DNA from: Octopus vulgaris | Lineage: Eukaryota | Reading direction: 5' to 3' | DNA length: 64,000 bases | NCBI GenBank assembly: GCA_951406725.2 | Contig: OX597821.1 | Location: 22,382,001-22,446,000 of the forward strand | Shown: in pieces, positions 53,276-64,000 of the stretch | Position numbering within the stretch: position 1 is the stretch's first letter | How the letters are laid out: every line of letters begins with the position of its first letter | The notes under the pieces: generated by a model | The model's input: the letters and a program-made list of their open reading frames with translations, nothing else | Told to the model about the DNA's origin: nothing | Database searches by the model: none | Made by a program: the position numbers and the translations under genes

Positions 53276-53985
53276 GTAATAATAAAAAAGCGAAATTTTT
53301 TTTAAAAAGTGATTTAGTTATGTCCCTTTCTGTAGCACCGTGTGAAATCTCAGGAAGTGTTGATTGTGTTGATGTCTAGATCTCCTGCCTCCCCAACTGA
53401 TGTCATGCTGACATCACAATAATAATATTTGGCAATGAAACCAGGAGAGAATCTGAGAACGGAATGTAACCCAATTATTACGCCATCTCTCTCTCTCTCT
53501 CTCTCTTTTTCTTTCCCCATGTATGTATTGTGTGTGTATGTACGTACGTATGTATCTATGTATATATATATATACATATATTTATAAGTGTATATATGGA
53601 TATATATATAATGTATAGGTATGTGTATATATGGATATATTTATATATCTGTCTATATGATCCGGCATATTTGCGCGCGCGATTGTGTGTAGAGAGAGAG
53701 TGTGTGTGATGGGGAGAAAGGAAAGAGCACCATATGTTTACAATGTAAGCGGGGTGAGCCCGATCCGCTAGAAACAGCAGCCACAATTCTCTCAACTCAC
53801 ACTGTAACGTCTTGAAAAGGAAACACATTTGATTAGTTTAAACGTAGGATCCCAATGCTAGAGAGAGAGAGAGAGAGAAATTAGAATGGTGGGATGGTCG
53901 TTGCTGGAATGCCTTTGTATTTATTGGTTTGTCTGCTCTGCTTGGGACTGATGTATAGTTTTAAAGCAACAAGGACAAGTTTTAC

Positions 53986-54221
53986 TGACGTCACAGAAAA
54001 AGTATTTGAAAAGGATTATTGACGAGAATGGAAGAAGTGTAACCTAATTATTTATGGGTGGGAGAGGGAGATAGAGAGTACTATGTGTGATGTAACAAAG
54101 CCACACCTCCTGCGTATTTAATTAGGGATGGGCAGATGGAGCGCCATGTTTAATACTAGACAACACCTGCCGAATATTTTTTAGTACATTACGTCAGCTT
54201 TCCCTTGCTCTAATGACGTCA
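53986..54221. promoter_or_regulatory. Cluster of CRE/ATF-type sites
   Basis: TGACGTCA at 53986 and 54214, TTACGTCA at 54189, TGATGTAA near 54088, in unique sequence. Confidence 0.3.
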
Positions 54222-54689
54222 ATGTTCTGGGGAGAACATCAGGGATCGCCAGGGTAGATCGCAATCTTATAGTGTCACCTGTTACTTGTACAACCCCAAA
54301 AGCGATCTTCTACGTAGTCACTCGACCGTGCTAGAAAAAGCAACCAAAATTTCCTTAAAAATTATACCGTCACCTCCTACCTCACCTCGTTTTAGATAAG
54401 GACTCGTTAGATAATGTGGTCCCGGATTCTTTACACTTTTGAGAACGACAGGACGGTCACAATTGGAACGCCTTTCACCATAGGTCTGCACGAATCACAA
54501 CTGGCATGGTCCTAAGAAGAAACGTAATGGGAGCTGCTGCGATCGTTTGGCATGCTAGAAATAGCAGTCGGATTCCCATCATGTTTCATGCAATGCACAT
54601 GATCTTTTACAAGGCCTCAGAGACTGGTGGGAAACTGGAAACCTGGCTTTATTGAAGGTTACAAGAGGGACTTGCTGAACCGTTAAGGT

Positions 54690-54990
54690 TACAAGGGAAC
54701 GTAATACACATTTCTTTTAAAGTCTGGAACTTATGCCGAACCGCTAAGTGAAGGAGACGTAAACAAACCAAGACTGCTTGTCATCTGGTGGAGAGACGAA
54801 CACACGCACACACACATACGTACGTATTCTCGACGAGCTTCTACATAGTTTCCTTCTACCAAATTCAATCACAGGACATTGATTGCGGGGTGTTATGATA
54901 GAAGACACTTGCCCAAGTTGCCGCGGATTGGGATTGAACACGAAACCACTTGATTTTAAACCGAGCTTCTTAACTACACAGTCGTGCCTA
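54690..54990 (-). mobile_element. Degenerate SINE family A
   Basis: gccgaaccgctaagtg..gaagacacttgcccaag. Confidence 0.7.
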
Positions 54991-55035
<45 letters not shown>

Positions 55036-55407
55036 TAAACAGGCAGAGAGACATAGACAGTGTTCATTAGTAACGATATATGCTTGTAAATAGTAAAGGG
55101 TTACGGGGTCAATAAAAACAGACACCAATTCTTAATGTCAGTCGGAACTTTAGATTTTTGGTAATCTCTTCCAGACTATTATTGTCTCTTTCGTTTGTCA
55201 ATGTTTTGGTTTATCTTTGGCAATTGTAAAGAGCAAACTGTGACTTTGGGTTTGGGTTGATGTTGGCACGTGTATATATGCGTCTCTATAGGATTAGGTA
55301 TTGCGGATCATAGATGTTCTTCATAGGCAAGCCACGACTAAACAAATCATTAAACACACAGCTGTCTATTCATCCTTCTCTCTCTCATCTATCTATCTAT
55401 CTATCTA

Positions 55408-55461
<54 letters not shown>

Positions 55462-55462
55462 T

Positions 55463-55800
55463 GAAGGCGCATGGTTCAGTGGTTAGAGCGTCGAGCTTAC
55501 GATCGTGAGGTTGTCAGCTCGAATCCCGGACCGGGCTGGGTGTTGTGTTCTTGAGCAAGACACTTTACTTCACGTTGCTCCAGTTCACTCAGCTGTAGAA
55601 ATGAGTTGCGACGTCACGGGTGCCAAGCTGTATTGGCCTCTTTGCCTTTCCCTTGGATAACACTTGTGGTGTGGAGAGGGGAGGCCGGTATGCATGGGCG
55701 ACTGCTGGTCTTTCATAAACCACCTTGCCCAGACTTGTGACTAGGAGGGTAACTTCCTAGGTACAATCCCATGGTCAATGTCGTGACCGAAGGGGGTTCC
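55463..55800 (+). mobile_element. SINE family D
   Basis: Matches 16581-16909. Confidence 0.85.
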
Positions 55801-55859
55801 GAAATATATATATATATGATGATTGACTCTCCTGTCGTTAGACGACGTATGAGGGTTCG

Positions 55860-56085
55860 ACAATTTCTTACTGGGTAAAGACAGATTTGTTTATACTGAT
55901 CAACTGTTTGTGTAGACATAAGCTCACTCCTTCCAGCAGATCGACATTACCTGTACAGGTGCAATGGGTGTTGAAATGATCGCAGAGTAATGTGAAATGA
56001 AGTGCATTGCTCAAGAACGCAACGCAGTGACCGGTCTGAGAATCGAACCTACAATCTCGCAATCGTCAGTGCAACACCTTAAACA
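55860..56085 (-). mobile_element. D-like SINE with alternative tail
   Basis: gtgaaatgaagtgcattgctcaagaac..gaatcgaacc head in reverse complement. Confidence 0.6.
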
Positions 56086-56317
56086 CACACACTTATCGCG
56101 CACTCAGTACATCGCATATTTTTCTGGCTAATATATGTAAATTTATATTGCGGACTCCTCAGTATTTCCGGGTTTCTGCGGCGGAGAGGTATTTATTTTG
56201 TTTTTAGATTTTTTATTATTTCTGTGGGAGGTTTTGCAGCGTAACACACGCGATAGTCGAGGGATTATTGTGTGTGTGCGTATATATATATATAGAGAGA
56301 GAGAGAGTGTGTATGTG

Positions 56318-56356
<39 letters not shown>

Positions 56357-56444
56357 TTATATATATATATATGTGTGTGTATATATATGTGAGTATATAT
56401 ATATCTATATGTGTGTGTTTATATATGTGTTTGTGTATATCACA

Positions 56445-56730
56445 TGATTACGTGACCGACCAGACCATCAGATGTTGCTACACATCGCTGGTCACAATGC
56501 GTTCGCATTGTTTTAGCCTTCGAATGACGCCACCCCGCTGGCTAAGCGAGCAGGCCAACAGAAGAAAGAGTGAGAGAAAGAGTACAGCAGGGATCACCAC
56601 CACCCCCTGCCGGAGCCTCGTGGAGCTTTAAGGTGTTTTCGCTCAATAAACACACACAACGCTCGGTCTGGGAATCGAAACCGCGATCCTACGACCGCGA
56701 GTTCGCTGCCCTAACCACTAGGCCATTGCG
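56445..56730 (-). mobile_element. SINE: family B head plus the tail shared with 1351-1596
   Basis: Head matches 38608; tail ctgttggcctgctcgcttagccagcggggtggcgtca..gtcggtcacgt. Confidence 0.8.
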
Positions 56731-56821
<91 letters not shown>

Positions 56822-57008
56822 GACAAGGAAATAGTAATTATGTAATCAAATTCTTTAGCTTACAGCTGTTTCTGTTATTAGAAGCAGTGCAATCAGAGTT
56901 GAGGTGCTTGTACATTATTTTATTGCTTCTTCAGAGTCATTAAGATGAAATGTATATTTTATTTCCTGTTCCCTTATCATTCAATAATCAAAATTATGCT
57001 CTGTACAT

Positions 57009-57420
57009 AAGGTGGCGAGCTGGCAGAATCGTTAGCACGCCGAGCGAAATGCTTAGCAGCATTTCGTCTACCGCTACGTTCTGAGATCAAATTTCGCCTT
57101 TACCTTTCATCCTTTCGGAGTCGATAAATAAAGTACTAGTTGCGTAGCGGGGTCGATCTAATCGACTGCCACCCTCCCCCAAACTTTTGGGCCTTGTGCC
57201 TAGAGTAGAAAAGAATATTATGCTCTAAGGCGGCGTTAGCACGCTGGGGAAATGCTTAGTGGTATTTCGTCCCTCTTTACGTTTTGAGTTCGAATGCCGC
57301 TGGGCTCGACTTTGTCTTTCGTCCTTTTGAGGTCGATAAAAGAAGTACCTACATTTAGGTCGCTGTGATCAACTTACACTCTCTCCTGAAATTACTGGCC
57401 TTCTGCCAAAATTTGAAACC
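57009..57420 (+). mobile_element. Two SINE family C copies
   Basis: aaggtggcgagctggcagaatcgttagcacgccg... Confidence 0.8.
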
Positions 57421-57659
57421 AATATTGTACTGTGTACTCTCCTAAAGCATGCGTATATCGAGATCTAATAATTGGTTGTTGGTGACGCTATTCCTAACCA
57501 ATACCATGGAAAGTGTGTGTTTATAGAAGAAGCCGTTACCTGCAAGCGTGTTTGACGTTTTGAGTACATAGGTTGATAATTGTGTGAAAGCATAAACACA
57601 CTGTCGATTTTCACACCCTTTGACCCAGCGACACAGCCAGTGTGGGACAGCTGGAAGGA

Positions 57660-57714
<55 letters not shown>

Positions 57715-58137
57715 CTTCCAAATCCTGTTTTCTGAATGGGTAAAAATGATAAAACTTAAAACTCTGTAACTATTTTTAAAAAATTTCTAGAAAAAGTTAG
57801 ATAACCTCTGAGATTCAGCGTGGAAAATTACATCAATACACCAAATCTTAAAATTTTCACAAAAACTTTGAAATTTCCACAAGTGCAACCAAACAGCAAA
57901 GATCCAACTGCACCAGCATTCGGCTGACACTAAGTTTTGATTAACATACAACTTACCGTCGTAAAGTAGTGAAAGTATTTAATCCTTAGCAAAATGGAAG
58001 TCTATTACGATAAAAACCGAAAATAACAACAGTGACATCCTGTAATTTCATGTATACACCCATTAACATACCATAATTCATAAACGTACATTATATTTAA
58101 TATCATATGAAAACCGTACATTATATTTTATATATTA

Positions 58138-58952
58138 CTAGCTTAAGGTGACCCGCTCTACGCGCGGGTGAGGGTGTGGTTGTTACTTTCTGTTTCTTAT
58201 CGCCACTTTCTCCCTCTTTGTTTCTCTCTCCTTTCTCTCTCACTTTCCCACTCTCTTACTCTTCCTTTCACTCGGACTCTCCCTCGCTTTCTCTTACTCT
58301 CTATCTCTCTCTCTCCCATTTATAAAAAACAAAAGATCTTGAGTAAGTTCCGAAAGAAAATATTTTAAAAGATCAATCATAAATATCAGGCAGTGACAAC
58401 GGAAAGCATACTTGCCTTTTGTACGTGCCACTATTTGAGTGATTAAAAATAAGGGGGAAAAAAGGATTTCTTTGTTAAATTTAGTACTTATTTTGGGAAT
58501 TTTTCGACGATTGACCATGCAAATGAAAGCTCTAATCACGGGCTACATGCAGCTGTAAATTTCTTTCAGAAAAAAATGAAAACTGTAAACAATAAAAAAT
58601 AAAAGGCAAAAATACGTAAAAATTAGAAATGTTTTCAACTTCAAAATTCTTGCTTTATTTTTCAAAATTTCGAACCCATTTTCCGCGGTTAAATTACAAA
58701 TCCGCTTCCACTTTACCATGTTGAAAATTTGATTGAAATCGGGCAAAAGGTGTCCAATCTAGACCCCCACCCCCCAAGTGTCCCAAAAATATCAATAAAA
58801 TCCCCGTTATCACAGCAAAGCAACCACTGTAGCGCCCCAGACGTCTCCGAATCAATTTCTCACCTCAAGTTACCCCCTCCTGTAAATTTCAATCCCCTTT
58901 ATACATAAAAATCCAATTTGTATCAACGTTCGCCTTCATTTTATAGATTAGA
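58138..58952 (-). mobile_element. Non-autonomous Helitron
   Basis: Minus strand A|TC start at 58952; subterminal hairpin acccgc..gcgggt (58151-58169) 9 nt before the CTAG|T end; no TSD. Confidence 0.7.
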
Positions 58953-59059
58953 TATAAACAATTTACAAGTCGTTGATCCATAAAATGAGATTCATAATGT
59001 TTCTCAATCTATAAATTTGTTTCGCCACATGCTCATCAAAATAAAGGGTAGTGTGCAAA

Positions 59060-59325
59060 GACATCCTTGGGTCATGAATGACCATGGGATTGCCCCTAGA
59101 AAGTTCCCCTTCAAACTCTGGACAAAGTTATTCATAGAAAATTGGCAGTCGCCCATACCGTATCAGCATCCCCTCTATACGCCACTGATGTTATCCAAGG
59201 GAAAGGCAAAGGCTGATACAACTTGGCACCAGTGATGTTGCAATGTTTTTCTACAGCTTAGTAAACTGGAGCAACGTGAAATAAAGCGTCTTGCTCAAGA
59301 ACACAATGCACAGCACGGTCTGGAA
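59060..59325 (-). mobile_element. Degenerate SINE family D
   Basis: ttatccaagggaaaggcaaagg..gtgaaataaagcgtcttgctcaagaacac. Confidence 0.75.
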
Positions 59326-59857
59326 TGATGTAAATAAATCATCGTTAGTCCTACTTAAGTTTCTTCTTGGAAAACAGCCATCGCCCTTTGGCAATCAGTC
59401 TATGGATGCTGTCATCATTTGGACCAATAATATTCAGTGATTGGTTAACAAGCTTGGAAGTATAGAAATTGTCGAGACTTAAAGTAGGAAGCTCACCCAT
59501 CGGATATCGGGCGTATTCTAAGAATTTTGGGCGTATCAGTCGTCACTGATATCACAATCCGTTCCATCCGGTTTCTGTCGCAATACATTTTCATTTTAAG
59601 GAAAATTTTCTTTCGCTATTTTACAACTGCAAACTGTACGTAAACCTTAAATTTTAAAATGAGGAAACTGGAACAATGTGAAATAAAGTTCCTTGCACAA
59701 GGACACAAAGCGCCGTCCGGTCTAACATTTGAACTCGCGATGTAATGATTCTGAACTAAACAACCTTAACCACTAGTCTAATAAGTGCACTCCCCTACCC
59801 AAACAAACACATGTACTACGAAAGTGTTATCAGTTTTTGATCATTTTTTAAAACTCA

Positions 59858-60252
59858 AGGCGGCGAGCTGGCAGAAACGTTAGCGCGTCGGGTGAAATGA
59901 TTAGCGGTATTTCGTCTGCCGCTACGTTCTGAGTTCAAATTCCGCCGAGGTCGACTTTGCCTTTCATCCTTTCGGGGTCGATTAAATAAGTACCAGTTAC
60001 GCACTGGGGTCGATATAATCGACTTAATCCGTTTGTTTGTCCTTGTTTGTCCTCTGTGTTTAGCCCCTTGTGGGTAGTAAAGAAATAGGTATTTCGCCTG
60101 TCTTTACGTTCTGAGTTCAAATTCCGCCGAGATCGACTTCGCCTTTCATCCTTTCGGGATCGATAAATTAAGTATCAGTTGCGTACTGGGGATCGATCTA
60201 ATCGACTGGCCCCTCCCCCAAAATTTCGGGCCTTGTTCCTCAAGTAGAAAAG
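59858..60252 (+). mobile_element. SINE family C dimer
   Basis: Full head, Nin-like motif, tail, then a second partial unit. Confidence 0.85.
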
Positions 60253-60568
60253 ATTTTTTTTAACCCTCTGGCATGTCTTATACATACATATTTTTTTTTA
60301 TGTCAAGTCATATGTAAAATCCATTTAACATTTTAACTGAAAGACTACACATTACGTTTTAGTGAAGAGCGCATATATTAATTTATACAAGGAAAAAATA
60401 CTGAATCTTCGAAGACAGTATCAACCATAGCTTTGTAAAAGTTGTGTATGTGTGTGTGTGGGGGGGATGGTGATGAGGGTGGAGGGACAAAGTCCAGTCT
60501 ATGATGTAGAAGTTTAACTGGTGAAAAGATTCAAGGAAAAATATGTACACTCACACACGCTATATAAT

Positions 60569-60728
60569 CAGTGCCGTCTTAAGTCTTGGGCACGCTGGGC
60601 AGTTGTCCAGGGGCCTCGCGGGTCTTGGGGCCCAATTTTGGTCTATGTACTCGTATATTGTGGTTTGCTGTTAAAAAATATATACTGTAGGGCCCAGTGA
60701 TTGATATAATGCTGTTAAATCAGCTCTG
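60569..60728. mobile_element. Possible small hAT-like MITE
   Basis: cagtgccgtcttaa ... ttaaatcagctctg termini with internal gggccc motifs. Confidence 0.35.
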
Positions 60729-60747
60729 TAAGGTAATTTTATGTATG

Positions 60748-61147
60748 TACTCTTTTACTCTTTTACTTGTTTCAGTCATTTGACTGCGGCCATGCTGGAG
60801 CACCGCCTTTATTCGAGCAAATCTACCCCGGGACTTATTCTTTGTAAGCCCAGTACTTATTCTATCGGTCTCTTTTGCCGAACCGCTAAGTGACGGGGAC
60901 GTAAACACACCAGCATCGGTTGTCAAGCAATGCTAGGGGGACAAACACAGACGCACACACACACACATATATATATATTTATATATATATATATATACGA
61001 CAGGCTTCTTTCAGTTTCCGTCTACCAAATCCACTCACAAGGCTTTGGTCGGCCCGGGGCTATAGCAGAAGACACTTGCTCAAGATGCCACGCAGTGGGA
61101 CTGAACCCGGAAAACAAGCTACTTACCACACAGCCACTCCTGCACCT
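60748..61147 (-). mobile_element. SINE family A
   Basis: Full motif series. Confidence 0.9.
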
Positions 61148-61474
61148 ATGTATGTATGTATGTATGTATGTATGTATGTATGTATGTATGTGTGAGACAG
61201 AAAGCTGTAACAATATATTCATATTAATGTGTTTATGTCTAAAATTGTGCATGTGTGTACGCGCGCGCCTAAGCCTCCACTCCTCTGCTTCGCAAAAACA
61301 GCCCAATAGCACAACGAAGAAACAAGGTCACTTCAAGTCAGTCAGAGAAGATGAAATCTGAGAAGGGACCATCCCTTATTCTAACTGTTGGTTCCTAAGA
61401 AATCTCAACTTCGTTTTGCCTCCCGTCTCCATCTCTCATATTAAACTTACTTCGTGTCTAGCTTTGTATATATG

Positions 61475-61690
61475 AGCTGGCAGACACGTTAGCGCGCCGG
61501 GCGAAATGCTTAGCGGTATTTCGTCTGTCGTTACGTTCTGAGTTCAAATTCTGCCGAGGTCAACTTTGCCTTTCATCCTTTCGGGGTCGATAAATAAAAG
61601 TACCAGTTTCGCACTGGGGCCGATATAATCGACTCAATCCCTTCGTCTCTCCTTGTTTGTCCCCTCTATGATTAGCTCCTTCTGGGCAGT

Positions 61691-61692
<2 letters not shown>
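61475..61692 (+). mobile_element. SINE family C
   Basis: gagctggcagacacgttagcgcgccgggcgaaatg... Confidence 0.85.
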
Positions 61693-61761
<69 letters not shown>

Positions 61762-61772
61762 TTATATTGTTC

Positions 61773-61984
61773 CTTACTCTTTTACTTGTTTCAGTCATCT
61801 GACTGCGGCCATGCTGGAGCACCGCCTTTAATCGAGCAACTCGACCCCGGGACTTATTCTTTTGTAAGCCCAGTACTTATTCTATAGGTTTCTTTTGCCG
61901 AACCGCTAAGTAACGGAGACAACACACCAGCATCGGTTGTCAAGCAATGCTAGGGGGACAAACACAGACACACAAACACACACA

Positions 61985-62026
<42 letters not shown>

Positions 62027-62180
62027 TACGACGGGCTTCTTTCAGTTTCCGTCTACCAAATCCACTCACAAGGCTTTGGTCGGCCCGAGGCTATAGTAGA
62101 AGACACTTGCCCAAGGTGCCACGCAGTGGGACTGAACCCAGGACCATGTGGTTGGTAAACAAGCTACTTACCACACAGTC
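61773..62180 (-). mobile_element. SINE family A
   Basis: Full motif series. Confidence 0.9.
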
Positions 62181-62586
62181 AATAAAATATTGTCCAGCGA
62201 ACTGCTGGCGGCAAGTTTAAGTTTTTCCTATGCTTTCTCCCTAAATTAGTTAATTTTAAAAGATAAACTTATTTCAGATCCTGTTGAATGGTTTTATACG
62301 TGTGGGTGGGGGTTGATAATGTCCTTTATCTTTTCAAGGGTTGATAAAATGTCATAGGTTAGTTTAAGCCTTTTATACCCCATTTCTTCTTTTTTTCAGT
62401 TTTTTTTTTTCGTTTGAATTCTCAGCTATATTTTCCAGGAAATGTTTATTCATTTTCCTCTTTTTTTTTTTGTACATTATATACATTTTATTTCCATCTA
62501 AAATTCACTCCTTTTAGAACAATTTTCATTTTATAAAATTATGCTGGCAAATTCTTCAATTAACATAAACATTTATTTACTGAAAG

Positions 62587-62739
62587 AAAATTACCGGAGA
62601 ACTCTCTTCCAATTCTCCCAAATCTTTCAGCAAAAACTGTATTGAAACCAGCAAACTAGCACCGACAGCTAGCAAAGCCAAGCTACTCAAGACTGATGAA
62701 GAGCAACTAGTCTCTGAATGCTGGCTTTGTTGGGTGGAG
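62587..62739 (+). CDS. Weak candidate internal exon (KITGELSSNSPKSFSKNCIETSKLAPTASKAKLLKTDEEQLVSECWLCWVE)
   Basis: 153 nt, phase 0-0, follows a long T-rich tract; acceptor actgaaag|, weak donor gag|gtactt. Confidence 0.3.
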
Positions 62740-63019
62740 GTACTTATCTCCCCTGCTTGAAAACTTGAGGACACAGAACGCTTGTGTCACGTAGCCAACT
62801 AGAAACGGTGTTTCTTGGGGCTAGATAGCAGTAGCATTCTTCCCTTTCCTATAGCTGCGACATTAAATTGGCAACAAACCATCAATTTATCGTGCTGCTA
62901 CTGCATAACTCTCTGAGAGATTTAGAAATGCAATACTTCTAATTTTGTATTGAAACCATTTGTGGGGAAGAGAGAAAAAAATGCACCAATCGCTTCAACT
63001 GGTCGCACACCACAAGTTT

Positions 63020-63650
63020 CAACGGAACCTACGGTAGCAAGCCAGCACGCACGCAGCATTATCACGGACAATGGCGAGGCCAAGGCGCTGGAAAAGACAA
63101 GTGCCCTCACGGGCATCACCTGTCACCTAGGTGAGGCGAGCTGCCAACGATGACAAGAACTTCGCGGTTAGTAGCCCAGTCCCTCGGAAAGTCTCAAAAG
63201 CCACAGGCTGGGAGAGATAGTTCACTGTCAGGTCCCGATGCTTCAGGATTTTGTTCCGTTCGGATACGAAAGCAATGACCCTTCTATTTACTGCAGCATC
63301 CATGATGTAGGAGGGAGCAAAGGACCCACAGACTGTGGCATTCCAAATGGGGTACCTACCTCTAACCTAGGGACAGAGGGTAAGACCATCAGGTCTTTTT
63401 CCATCACTACTGAATAACTCCGTCGGATCCAGAACTGAGGGAGTATAAATCCGAGCCAGGGCTCGCGTAATGGTTAGGCTTAGCTCGGTGTGACGAGCGA
63501 AGCGGCCAGCATTTGGGCAGCAAGACAGACCGTGAATACCTACGAAATCTAAGGGCCTACCACAGCGACATCTCAGTCCCCTACAGACGTCAGCTTCCAC
63601 TCCGAGTGCGATAGAGATGCGGAGTTCATCAAGACTGAGTAAACCTCTAA
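63020..63650 (-). mobile_element. CRE-clade (RLE endonuclease) non-LTR retrotransposon remnant
   Basis: ELRISIALG..CRCGRPLD..HGLSC..ARH..GKRPDGLTL..WNATV..PVAFET..GDAREGTCLFQRLGLAIVRDNA; contains stops and a frameshift. Confidence 0.85.
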
Positions 63651-63871
63651 CGTTGGCCATGTTGATATTAAGAAAGTAAAATTCAAAGGTTGCTTGGCGG
63701 AGATAAACATTCCTTTTTTTAAAAATATTTTTCGTTTCTTTGTAAGTTGATAAAATAAATAAAGTATCAATCAAAAGTGCTCAATAGAGCCGATATAATA
63801 GTTTGTGATTTTCTTACATGAACTTGGACCCCAAAAGAAAAAAACATGTTAAGACGGCGGTCAATAAATAC

Positions 63872-63917
<46 letters not shown>

Positions 63918-64000
63918 GATGGGTCAAAAGCCACGCACCAAAACATGATATTTTATTTATGTTATAATTATTCATTTTGTTCACCAGTTTGTGTATTCAT

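Noticed and set aside
63917-64000. Tc1-like terminus aggatgggtcaaaagccacgca
   Set aside because: The partner end lies outside the window; cannot be supported.

Overview
This is AT-rich, repeat-saturated eukaryotic DNA, intronic or intergenic. The repeat families look like those of an octopod cephalopod (my recognition, not verified). No complete protein-coding gene is present, and nearly all ORFs in the track are microsatellite or SINE artefacts. Contents: (1) many (TA)n, (CA)n, (GA)n, (TAG)n, (AAT)n and (TATC)n microsatellites. (2) At least 4 tRNA-headed SINE families (CORE-like A, B, Nin/Deu-like C, CORE/Meta-like D) with head/tail shuffling. (3) Decayed LINE remnants recognisable by translation (CR1, a CR1/L2-like partner of SINE A, HERO, Tx1/L1, CRE) plus a likely Dong/R4 3' end. 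(4) MITEs and a non-autonomous Helitron. (5) A few weak + strand exon candidates. The most interesting signal is a set of unrelated short fold-back elements inserted in (TA)n tracts that carry hammerhead ribozyme folds (Penelope-like, retrozyme-like). These include one complete type I hammerhead at 8375-8468 and core-variant CCGAUGA copies. Boundaries of decayed repeats are approximate, and all alignments and folds were done by eye.
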